Part shown: one piece after another, positions 1 through 7,578 of the stretch
Layout of the letters: each line of letters opens with the position of its first letter
How positions within the stretch are numbered: the first letter of the stretch is position 1
Origin: an uncultured Lachnospiraceae bacterium
GTDB taxonomy: Bacteria; Bacillota; Clostridia; Lachnospirales; Lachnospiraceae
Assembly (NCBI GenBank): GCA_947589055.1
Contig: CANPZL010000001.1
Location: forward strand, 58,697-122,696
Direction: 5' to 3'
Length of the DNA stretch: 64,000 nt
Made by a program: the position numbers and the translations under genes
Notes under the pieces: generated by a model
What the model was told of the DNA's origin: nothing
Database searches by the model: none
The model's input: only the letters and a program-made list of their open reading frames with translations

Positions 1-787
1 GCCTCGGTGGAAGGTCAAATTCACAAAAAGTCAGACGGATTCGCAGCCAATACTTATTTTCAACTTCATGAAGCCCTGTAGCTGCTTGCCAGTAAATAAA
101 GCCGCTCTGTAAAAATCCATGGGTTTCATCCGTCAAAACAGTACATTCATTCCATATATCACCATCCCAGTATTCCAATCGGTAATCAGAAAAATGAGGA
201 TCTTCACCTGCTATAAATGGATTTCGTTTTTCTCCTTTTGGTTCCTCCAGTATCCAATAGAGCGCATGAACCTGTTTTTCCTGAACAGGCCGGTCAAAGC
301 CTATAAAAAAGCAATCCCCCGCCTGCGGCTTCTCTCCGAACATCCATTTTCCGAACCGAATATCTTCTGAAGAAGCCCGCCACAACAGCCTTCCATCTGC
401 TTTCTGTACATAACAATCCTGTATCTTTTCTCCATCAAACCAAATGGCCCTTTCTGGTTCAAAACAAAAGTCCTCTGTATAAAATCCGGTATTTTTATGT
501 ATCTTTACAGGTTCTGGTTCCAACAGTTGAACAACAATTTCCGACGGAGAGCGTTTTGTCGGTTCCACGCCTAACAGTTCCAGATACAAAGCTTCATTTT
601 CCATTCCGTTTTGTTCAAGGTAAAAACGCTGCATTTCCTGTAACCAAGAAAACAACTCCAGCAACACAATTCCAGAATCAGAAGGATTGTAATCGGTCCA
701 TTCCTTTTGATATTTTCCAATACTGTCTATCGCTTTATTTAATATGGTATCAAAGCTTTCATCATCTAATGAAAAAACCGGTAGCAT
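1..787 (-). CDS. Baseplate-J-like wedge protein, second paralog (Afp11/Afp12 position); only the N-terminal 262 aa are in the window
   Basis: This ORF is absent from the ORF track because it has no stop in the window. I translated the minus strand by hand from the ATG at 787, which has an AAGGAGA RBS 7 nt upstream: MLPVFSLDDESFDTILNKAIDSIGKYQKEWTDYNPSDSGIVLLELFSWLQEMQRFY... I checked that no in-frame stop occurs down to position 2. The N-terminus parallels that of the 998-aa neighbour (TPEWKFHSLFPDSGSVLMHIYADML). Confidence 0.7.
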   Translation of the reverse strand, partial: MLPVFSLDDESFDTILNKAIDSIGKYQKEWTDYNPSDSGIVLLELFSWLQEMQRFYLEQNGMENEALYLELLGVEPTKRSPSEIVVQLLEPEPVKIHKNTGFYTEDFCFEPERAIWFDGEKIQDCYVQKADGRLLWRASSEDIRFGKWMFGEKPQAGDCFFIGFDRPVQEKQVHALYWILEEPKGEKRNPFIAGEDPHFSDYRLEYWDGDIWNECTVLTDETHGFLQSGFIYWQAATGLHEVENKYWLRIRLTFCEFDLPPR

Positions 788-831
788 ATTCTTGTCTCCT
801 TTTTCATATGGCAGGATCCGCCTTTTATTTC

Positions 832-3828
832 TTAATGTATATCATTGCTGTCCAATTCAAATTGTATTTTATGCACTCCACTGATTATCATTTGATAATC
901 CGGAATTTTCCCTTCCAGATCAATTTCTTGCAGTCCTCTGCTGTTATGGCAATACGCTTTGATCATCAGCGTTTGAATGCTTTCGATTCCATGTACATCC
1001 CGAAGTACATTTCGGATCTGTTCTCGATTCGGTGCTGTTCCGATCTCCCAGCCTCTTCCGTCTGAATTTCCAGTCAGCGGATTTAAAAACCGTATCAGCT
1101 TTTCTTCTGCTTCCGCCCTGCACTGAAATACAGATTCACGCCCTTTTAATAAACAGACAGCCGATACTTGTATTTCCGTAAACCAAGGCGGAACAATATA
1201 TAAATGCTTCTGTAAATGGGAAATACCAGGCATCCGTTCCAAAATATAGTCTCGAAGCTGTTGTTGCAGACTCTGAAAATCCGTACTTCCTTCTTGATAG
1301 TTTTCCTGTAATACTACCAGTGTAACGGCTCCCCGCTGTAATTCCCCCGCTCCGTTTCGATTAGCATATGCCTTTACCTTTGCCACCTCTCTGGCCGCTT
1401 CTTTTGCCAAAGCTTCATAATCTGAAAGCATTACCGCCCGTTCCCGGTGCAAAAGCCTGGCAGAAGTCCGTTTGACAGCTTCTTCCGGAAGTTCAGCATC
1501 CCGTCCTCCTGTCAAAGAAAAACGATTGGTAATTTGATTCAGAAACCGAATGGAACGATCCAGATGTGTCACCTGCCCGGCTTTTAAATTTCCCTGGCTG
1601 CCTCCTCCCCAGGTATATTGTACCCGGATCCCTTTTTCGAGATTCGGCCTAGGGATCCTTCCCTGCCCGGCCTTTGGGAAAAATAATTTTCCTTCCCTTC
1701 TATCCAGCCGATAATGCCGATCATCCGGTTCTGTTTTTCCAAAATCTTTTACCTCCGTCCAAAGCACCCAGATTTCCCTTTGATGACCTTCTGTCTGAAT
1801 ATAATCGACTTCATTCTCGTCTTCTATCTTTTCCAGTTCCTTCGATGAAAGTCCGGTCTCATTCACCCATACCGAGATTTGGACTATGCCTTCGTGCTTA
1901 AGCTGAAAAAATGCGTCAGTGTCCTGACTTCGCATGGTAAAAAACTCTTCCGGTACGGTTTCTGCTGCTAAGACGGGAACTGTATTGAACCACAGCTCCC
2001 GTACCGGGATCATTGAAGCTGTTCTTTCCTCCGAGGCTCCTGATAACCGAACGAATCTTATCCAGTAGAGCTTCTTTCCAAATAACTGTTTTTGTTGAAA
2101 TCCCTGATTGCCAAATGGCATTATCACTCCGTTTTTTGTTAAATTCTCTGTTTCGTCCTCTAAAACAAGGCTTCTCCATTCCCGCCCATTAAAAAATTCA
2201 TAATTCCATTTATCTCCGACTGCCGGTACTTCTCTTCGTGGAATACCGCAATATAAGCCAAAGGGGCCGCCTTCTAATGGCTGATTAAAACCTATATAGA
2301 CCGCCGGCCTCATTTCCCTCAGGGATTGAAAGGGTGTAAACGCTTTCCCATTTTTCCTCCATTGTTCTTCCAGATTATTATAAAATCCCATTATCTCTGG
2401 ATTTTTCATAACAGGTTGATAATCATAAGACAATTCTACCCGGTTCAAAAAGGGCGTCAGATAATATCCGTATCTGGTAAATTCGTTATACATTTTAACA
2501 ATCCGGATCCGTATACAATAAATCGTTTGTGCATTTACTAAAATAGGACTTATATCCTCCGGACAGGTAAAGGTAATATTTAGTATCTTCTCCTGACCTT
2601 CCTCTTGTTCCGGCCGAAATCCGTCAATGTATAAGGGTTCGGAAAACAATCTGGTAAAACCAACACCATTATAATATTCCCAAGCCACTTCACCTACGGT
2701 AACTGCACGAACTTCCTCCTTTGGAAAATCGGATTCCTTCATGACCGTTTTCCACTGGATTGGCTGAGGAACAGGCTCAATCAGCAGATCTGTTTTCCGA
2801 AATTCCATGCTTAATGAAAGTTTTATCACAGCGCCTTTTTTCCCAAATACCTCATTGGAACAAAGAAAACATTCTCCAAAGAGATAAGGACGCTCCCCAA
2901 AGGGATAGCAGCGACTATTCGCTTCCTGTCCGTCTGCTGTATAAATGAACTCCGGTTTTCGCTCTCTGCCTGTAGAAGCAAGCAATATCTCCTGAAACTC
3001 AAGGCCTGTATATGCTTGTATATCTTTTGCCTGCCATTTTAAAAAACAGCTGGTTTCTCCTCCCTGCCAAACCGATTGAAATTCCGGCATTTCTTCTGAC
3101 TTATGAAGCGTTAATATATTCCCTTCCAGCCTCCAATCTGAGAATTCCCTTTCTCCATCAACGGAAATATAGGAAAAACTTGTCTTTTCCCGATCCGACA
3201 CTACTTCCTTCCAATCCTTTCGATACCCTCTGTATAACAGTAAAATATGAATATCCGCTTCTCCCAAGTCGGAAAAAACCGTTGCGTGTCCAATCCAACA
3301 GATATGCTCCTGAAGATTCTGCAAATTGGAGACCGCCAGCACCCCTTCTTGTTCCGCTAAGCAGCAGATGCGGTCGGCAGTTCCCTCGATATAAAAGACA
3401 GATTGTATTTCCCCCGTACTAACCAGAATATCCTTTTGCGTTTCCAAACGCACCTGTTCATCCTCATCCGTCGTACCAAGTATCCCGGTTCCAATCGGAA
3501 CTTCTGCATCACCCAGATCAGTGCTTGCCATCCCCAAAGAAACATATCCTCTCGCCGGTTCTCCGGAACGCTGCTCTGTTCCAATGTATTGAAAAAATTG
3601 CATTTTATCCCGCTCTAAAAGCCGATTATAGCGGTGAATGGTATCCATAAGCATATCTGCGTAGATATGCATCAGTACAGAACCAGAATCTGGAAACAAA
3701 GAATGAAATTTCCATTCCGGCGTGTATGCTTTTGCCAGTTCTTCCATCTGACGGATCAGGTCATTTTTCGTTCGTTCATCTAATAGAATGGGTCGTATTT
3801 CCATTTTCTGCCACATTCCTTCCCGCAT
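832..3828 (-). CDS. Large baseplate-J-like wedge protein (Afp11 / T4 gp6 / P2 gpJ-like)
   Basis: 998 aa. The N-terminal region has a baseplate-J-type motif. The C-terminal region (..GGRDAELPEEAVKRTSARLLHRERAVMLSDYEALAKEAAREVAKVKAY..) is typical of gpJ-family baseplate assembly proteins. The ATG lies 10 nt after the hub gene stop. Alternative in-frame ATGs at 3816 and 3804 are possible. Confidence 0.8.
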   Translation of the reverse strand: MREGMWQKMEIRPILLDERTKNDLIRQMEELAKAYTPEWKFHSLFPDSGSVLMHIYADMLMDTIHRYNRLLERDKMQFFQYIGTEQRSGEPARGYVSLGMASTDLGDAEVPIGTGILGTTDEDEQVRLETQKDILVSTGEIQSVFYIEGTADRICCLAEQEGVLAVSNLQNLQEHICWIGHATVFSDLGEADIHILLLYRGYRKDWKEVVSDREKTSFSYISVDGEREFSDWRLEGNILTLHKSEEMPEFQSVWQGGETSCFLKWQAKDIQAYTGLEFQEILLASTGRERKPEFIYTADGQEANSRCYPFGERPYLFGECFLCSNEVFGKKGAVIKLSLSMEFRKTDLLIEPVPQPIQWKTVMKESDFPKEEVRAVTVGEVAWEYYNGVGFTRLFSEPLYIDGFRPEQEEGQEKILNITFTCPEDISPILVNAQTIYCIRIRIVKMYNEFTRYGYYLTPFLNRVELSYDYQPVMKNPEIMGFYNNLEEQWRKNGKAFTPFQSLREMRPAVYIGFNQPLEGGPFGLYCGIPRREVPAVGDKWNYEFFNGREWRSLVLEDETENLTKNGVIMPFGNQGFQQKQLFGKKLYWIRFVRLSGASEERTASMIPVRELWFNTVPVLAAETVPEEFFTMRSQDTDAFFQLKHEGIVQISVWVNETGLSSKELEKIEDENEVDYIQTEGHQREIWVLWTEVKDFGKTEPDDRHYRLDRREGKLFFPKAGQGRIPRPNLEKGIRVQYTWGGGSQGNLKAGQVTHLDRSIRFLNQITNRFSLTGGRDAELPEEAVKRTSARLLHRERAVMLSDYEALAKEAAREVAKVKAYANRNGAGELQRGAVTLVVLQENYQEGSTDFQSLQQQLRDYILERMPGISHLQKHLYIVPPWFTEIQVSAVCLLKGRESVFQCRAEAEEKLIRFLNPLTGNSDGRGWEIGTAPNREQIRNVLRDVHGIESIQTLMIKAYCHNSRGLQEIDLEGKIPDYQMIISGVHKIQFELDSNDIH

Positions 3829-3837
3829 TTGCTTCCT

Positions 3838-4884
3838 TTATCTTATTTCCACGTCGAATTGCGTCGTATAACCGCTGGAGCCAATGCTATGTCTTACTCC
3901 AGTTATATAACAGGTTTTTGGTGTCGTTTGATCCAGATTCCCCAGCTCTAGGATCCGTCCGGGAAGCAGTTCGGGCAGCCCGACACAGCTTCCGCTCCCA
4001 CGATTTGACTGCTTTGTTTGTTTCGTTGCCAGACGTTCCGCTTCCTTCCTGACTTTTTCTTCTCCTATCAGATTATTTCTCTCGAATTCCTTTAGTACCA
4101 AAATCCTGTCGGAGGAATCCGTCTCCCGCACTTTCACTTCTGCTGAAATCTGTTCCTTTCTGTTTTCTGCTCTTCCATATACACGAATCAGCTGATTACA
4201 TTGTTTTTTCCTTTCCTGAAAGGTCTCCAGTCCTTCTCCCCACTTCAGGGATACCGCTATCTTTTTTTCTTTATCCGGTGTCCGGAAATAAACAGTTCCT
4301 GCCTCTACTAGGAATTCCTTTCCCGCCTTAGGACATAATACCCCCTTAATAAACTGATAATCGGAACCCATCTGAACCAGTTGTTCTTCCTTAGACCCGG
4401 CATTCGCCTGCTCTATCTCTATCTTTTCATAAAATTCCCTATATTGATCTAATAGTTCCTTTAAGGTTTGCGAGTAACTGCTGATCGTATACACCCGTTT
4501 ATTTCGTTCCGTTTCCATTAACAGCCGGATCAAATCAAACGCCGTGATGCTGATTACCGGCATATCCCCATAATCAAGTCCTATTTCAGAGATATATCCC
4601 AAAAACAAGCATTTCAGATTGGAACCATATCCGAAGTCAACTTTTATGATACTTCCCAGATGAAATGCGTCTTTCGCAGCATCAACAAATCTTCTTGTAT
4701 TTAACTGGAAAGCATTTATAATCGTAAACTGCACACTTCCTGCCTGGTCCAATGAAAGAGAAACCGTAACATCCTCCACTTGAAAGCTTTGCCCGGCTAG
4801 CGGATTTTTACCGTTCACCCAAAATCTAAATACCGGCGTAGTAAAATTATCGTATTTTTTTGCCAGAGTCTGATAGTCCTCCAT
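3838..4884 (-). CDS. Baseplate hub protein, phage late-control gene D / Mu gp44 / XkdQ-like (Afp8 position, without a spike domain)
   Basis: The ORF-track start at 4995 overlaps the upstream gene by 90 nt. The internal ATG at 4884 has a GGAGG RBS (aggcggaggaaataagATG) and lies 20 nt after the upstream TAA at 4905. The 348-aa product begins MEDYQTLAKKYDNFTTPVFRF and ends ..YITGVRHSIGSSGYTTQFDVEIR. Its size and position after the LysM gene fit a gpD-type hub. There is no gp5-like beta-helix extension. Confidence 0.7.
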   Translation of the reverse strand: MEDYQTLAKKYDNFTTPVFRFWVNGKNPLAGQSFQVEDVTVSLSLDQAGSVQFTIINAFQLNTRRFVDAAKDAFHLGSIIKVDFGYGSNLKCLFLGYISEIGLDYGDMPVISITAFDLIRLLMETERNKRVYTISSYSQTLKELLDQYREFYEKIEIEQANAGSKEEQLVQMGSDYQFIKGVLCPKAGKEFLVEAGTVYFRTPDKEKKIAVSLKWGEGLETFQERKKQCNQLIRVYGRAENRKEQISAEVKVRETDSSDRILVLKEFERNNLIGEEKVRKEAERLATKQTKQSNRGSGSCVGLPELLPGRILELGNLDQTTPKTCYITGVRHSIGSSGYTTQFDVEIR

Positions 4885-4904
4885 CTTATTTCCTCCGCCT
4901 GTCC

Positions 4905-5543
4905 TTACTCCACTACTGCCGGTATCCGCAGAAGCTGTCCCGATCGAATTTCCATAGGATGCTTTAAGCGATTTTCTTTTGCTATCCTTCTCCATTCATC
5001 TGGGTTTCCGTACTCTTCATAGGCATAATTCCAGAGCTGCTCACCCTGCTTTACTCTCCTATATTTGGTTCGATCCGGAGATTCAAACGGACTTTTCCTT
5101 TTTTCAATACTGATGTCAAAGAATTCCTTGATCGTAACATCAAGCTTGGCACGGACCGGCATACCATCCGAAAGAAACATCGTATAGCTTTCCTTTACGT
5201 CAGTAATCATTCCGGGAAAATGAATGGATCCCCATGCAAATACAATCCGGGGCGGACGATGAAGGGTACCATCAATATGCATTAAGCTTACAATGCGTTT
5301 TGTCAGCTTGGTTACATCCGTTCCCGATTCCGGCTGTTGTAGGGACGGCGGTACATAAGTATCAAAATATAACGTCAGAGTCAGAGTAGCATTACTACCG
5401 GATACAAACTGACTGATTGCACCATCAAATCCCGGTGCAGTTTTTTCCGAGTATTGGACACCATTCGAAATCTGGTATTCGGATGGATTGAACTGCACCG
5501 GGATCTCCTCTCCCGTTTCCGTTTTGATTATCGCTTTTTCCAC
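4905..5543 (-). CDS. LysM-domain tube-initiator / baseplate protein (Afp7 / XkdP-like)
   Basis: GTG start with an AGGAGA RBS. The N-terminal domain (..IPVQFNPSEYQISNGVQYSEK..ATLTLTLYFDTY..) resembles a CIS tube-initiator domain. The C-terminus is a LysM domain (YRRVKQGEQLWNYAYEEYGNPDEWRRIAKENRL..GQLLRIP). Confidence 0.8.
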   Translation of the reverse strand: MEKAIIKTETGEEIPVQFNPSEYQISNGVQYSEKTAPGFDGAISQFVSGSNATLTLTLYFDTYVPPSLQQPESGTDVTKLTKRIVSLMHIDGTLHRPPRIVFAWGSIHFPGMITDVKESYTMFLSDGMPVRAKLDVTIKEFFDISIEKRKSPFESPDRTKYRRVKQGEQLWNYAYEEYGNPDEWRRIAKENRLKHPMEIRSGQLLRIPAVVE

Positions 5544-5556
5544 GTTTTATCATCTC

Positions 5557-6141
5557 CTACAGACCGGCTCTTTGTCGTTCCAAATACAACTGGCGTTCCA
5601 GTCTTTTACGAAATTCCGTATATAATTTCCCTGTATCGATCACTGGTTCTTCTATTTTTTGTTCCAGGGATTCTATCACCTTTTTCTGCTGTAAAAGTTC
5701 TTCTTTAAGAGAAAGCACCTGTTCTTCCTGCGTGCGAATGACTTTTTTCAGTTCCTGTTCCTTTCGTCGGAAAATTAACTGTTCTAATTCCTTTCGTTCA
5801 CCGTCCTGCCTCCCAATATCTCTTATAACGGAAAGCAGCCGGACCCGATCCTGGCGGTAAATTACCGATGGCGCTGCAGGAGGCTGTACAATCTGATACC
5901 GTTTAATCAGCTGTTCAATCTGCTGAAGATTTACCTGAGAGGAGATCATAGTGGTCTGCCGGATAGCCCTTCGATGTACCAGCGGTACATACCCTGCATA
6001 TAATTCCTTTGATTTTTGCTCATGACGCTCTTGAATCTTATGTGCAAAATTGGAACGTAAATACTCATTTTCCTTTTTATCTGCAAGGCGATTTACGATA
6101 TTTTTACCGAGATCATAAATTTTTTGTAACCAGTTCCACAT
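5557..6141 (-). CDS. Coiled-coil protein, possible tape-measure/ruler (Afp14-like) or Afp6-position protein
   Basis: 194 aa. Its ATG (6139-6141) directly abuts the TAG of tube 2 (6142-6144). The C-terminal half is charged with heptad character (..VLSLKEELLQQKKVIESLEQKIEE..). The functional call is positional only. Confidence 0.35.
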   Translation of the reverse strand: MWNWLQKIYDLGKNIVNRLADKKENEYLRSNFAHKIQERHEQKSKELYAGYVPLVHRRAIRQTTMISSQVNLQQIEQLIKRYQIVQPPAAPSVIYRQDRVRLLSVIRDIGRQDGERKELEQLIFRRKEQELKKVIRTQEEQVLSLKEELLQQKKVIESLEQKIEEPVIDTGKLYTEFRKRLERQLYLERQRAGL

Positions 6142-6546
6142 CTATTTCACCCTGAATATTTCCCCATATGCGATTTCAAAGGTTTCTAAAAGTACACCAC
6201 TATTCTGGGCATCCAGTACGCCAAGCTCCCACTTTATCACCGTTACATTTTTTACAACAAAGCTGGCAAGAAGATCCCCGCTAATATCCATTACCGTTAC
6301 ACCAATTCCTTCCGGTATCTGCATTCCCGGAATTAGCTTTAGCTGAGAAGGGGCATCCTGAAGCCCCCTCTCGAACCGCAGGGTTTTCAACTGTTTTTGC
6401 GGAATGGGAAGCAGCCATGGCCCCCAGTTCATTCCTCCTTCTTGCAATGGTTCATATTCCATACTTTGTTCCATTCCGGATACCTTTGCAAAGGAGGCCA
6501 TCTGATTGCCTATGGTCACCTGAAAATAATGCTGATTTGCTACCAT
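6142..6546 (-). CDS. Tail tube protein paralog 2 (T4 gp19 family; Afp5-like)
   Basis: 134 aa. MVANQHYFQVTIGNQMASFAKVSGMEQSMEYEPLQEGG.. follows the same pattern as tube 1 and gp19-type tube proteins (F.V.I.G....F..VSG...e.e....EGG). Confidence 0.8.
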   Translation of the reverse strand: MVANQHYFQVTIGNQMASFAKVSGMEQSMEYEPLQEGGMNWGPWLLPIPQKQLKTLRFERGLQDAPSQLKLIPGMQIPEGIGVTVMDISGDLLASFVVKNVTVIKWELGVLDAQNSGVLLETFEIAYGEIFRVK

Positions 6547-6566
6547 TCCTGTTCTTCCCTTCTGCT

Positions 6567-6794
6567 TTATATTTCAAAAGGATTTTCCTGTATGTCCTCG
6601 ATACGACTGTTGATGGCTGAAATCTCCCTGCACCAACGCTGCCTTTCACGATTCGGCAGCTCCATGATCGCATCATGGCTCCAATGGAAATAATACGCAA
6701 TAAATGCTGCTTCTTCATAAATGCGCTTTGCCGGATAAACCTCTAGTGTCCGGCTCCCAGAAAATTTACAGGAATTTGTACCTCCTGCCCGCAA
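6567..6794 (-). CDS. Small -1 frame ORF overlapping the end of the chaperone-like gene; probable frameshift extension rather than an independent gene
   Basis: The track start is a TTG with no RBS, and there is no in-frame ATG or GTG near its 5' end. The frame is open from 6842. It is in the -1 frame relative to 6743..7114. The conserved-looking core is AAFIAYYFHWSHDAIMELPNRERQRWCREISAIN. Confidence 0.5.
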   Translation of the reverse strand: MRAGGTNSCKFSGSRTLEVYPAKRIYEEAAFIAYYFHWSHDAIMELPNRERQRWCREISAINSRIEDIQENPFEI

Positions 6795-7114
6795 TGTGGA
6801 CAGATACCGGTATATCCCGGCGTATCCATAGAATTGATCTTTTCATATAAATCCTGTAAATATGCTAGGTCCATTGTATAAAGATTTTCAATTACATTTG
6901 TATCAACTGCTGCTAATGACCCCAGCCTTTTTATCACTCTCGCCAAAAGTATGATCGACAGATAACCCGGATTTTGCTGGACTCTTGGATCTTTCAGAGG
7001 AAGAATTTCGTCTCCGGCTGTTGCCAGCCGCATAACTCCTTCCCGATGAATAACCCCCTGGGCATCCATATATCCTTTCGGCAATGTAAATTCATATTCA
7101 ATCTGCCAAGCCAT
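6743..7114 (-). CDS. Tail assembly chaperone-like protein (P2 gpE / Mu gp41-like position), C-terminal CxxC
   Basis: 123 aa, located immediately after tube 1 with a GGAG RBS. The motif ..VIHREGVMRLATAGDEILPLKDPR.. resembles gpE-type tail assembly proteins. The C-terminus contains CPHC. Confidence 0.55.
   Translation of the reverse strand: MAWQIEYEFTLPKGYMDAQGVIHREGVMRLATAGDEILPLKDPRVQQNPGYLSIILLARVIKRLGSLAAVDTNVIENLYTMDLAYLQDLYEKINSMDTPGYTGICPHCGQEVQIPVNFLGAGH
6761..6767 (-). other. Candidate -1 programmed ribosomal frameshift heptamer A_AAT_TTT
   Basis: The minus strand reads GTA AAT TTT CTG in the zero frame, giving an X_XXY_YYZ heptamer. A stem-loop GCCGGA-N13-TCCGGC (plus-strand coordinates 6730-6754) starts 6 nt downstream. 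A slip would continue as K F S G S R T L E V Y P.., which matches the 75-aa ORF. Confidence 0.45.
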
Positions 7115-7136
7115 AGTTTGCCTTCACTCCTTTTGC

Positions 7137-7559
7137 CTATTTTGTCCGGGTCATGCCTTCATGCGCAATCTCCAGACTTTCCACTGCCACTTCTGAAGAA
7201 GTAGCATTAAAATCCGGTGCTGTATATTTGGTCGGCCACGCATTGATTACCTGCCATGAAGCCGCAGCCTCTCCGTTAATATCCAATAAGGTTATCGTTA
7301 ATGTCTGGCGATTCACATCTTTTTCAAACCCGGTTGCCATCCACTGATACAGCGCATCCTTATCCGCCACGCCTTGACGAAGTGTTATATTTCCATATTT
7401 CTTCAATCCAGGCAGCTTCATTGGCGTCTGAACCTTATCCCCTTCCCTGTATTCGATCACATCTATCGTGGCGTCAAATCCTGAAACCTCAGAAAAGCCG
7501 CCTAATTCCATCCCTTGTACCTCAACCATATACCTAAATTTTCCATGTGGATATGCCAT
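7137..7559 (-). CDS. Tail tube protein paralog 1 (T4 gp19 family; Afp1-like)
   Basis: 140 aa. MAYPHGKFRYMVEVQGMELGGFSEVSGFDATIDVIEYREGDKVQTPMKLPGLKKYGNITLRQGV is a classic gp19/eCIS tube signature. An AAGGAGG RBS is present. Confidence 0.9.
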   Translation of the reverse strand: MAYPHGKFRYMVEVQGMELGGFSEVSGFDATIDVIEYREGDKVQTPMKLPGLKKYGNITLRQGVADKDALYQWMATGFEKDVNRQTLTITLLDINGEAAASWQVINAWPTKYTAPDFNATSSEVAVESLEIAHEGMTRTK

Positions 7560-7578
7560 TTATCTGTTTCCTCCTTTT

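Noticed and set aside
556-4052. Plus-strand ORFs inside the eCIS region (556..1065, 1674..1901, 2326..2541, 3012..3422, 3726..4052 and others).
   Set aside because: They lie antisense to long minus-strand genes that have clear family signatures. They lack RBSs and have low-complexity, Leu/Ser/Phe-rich composition typical of shadow ORFs.
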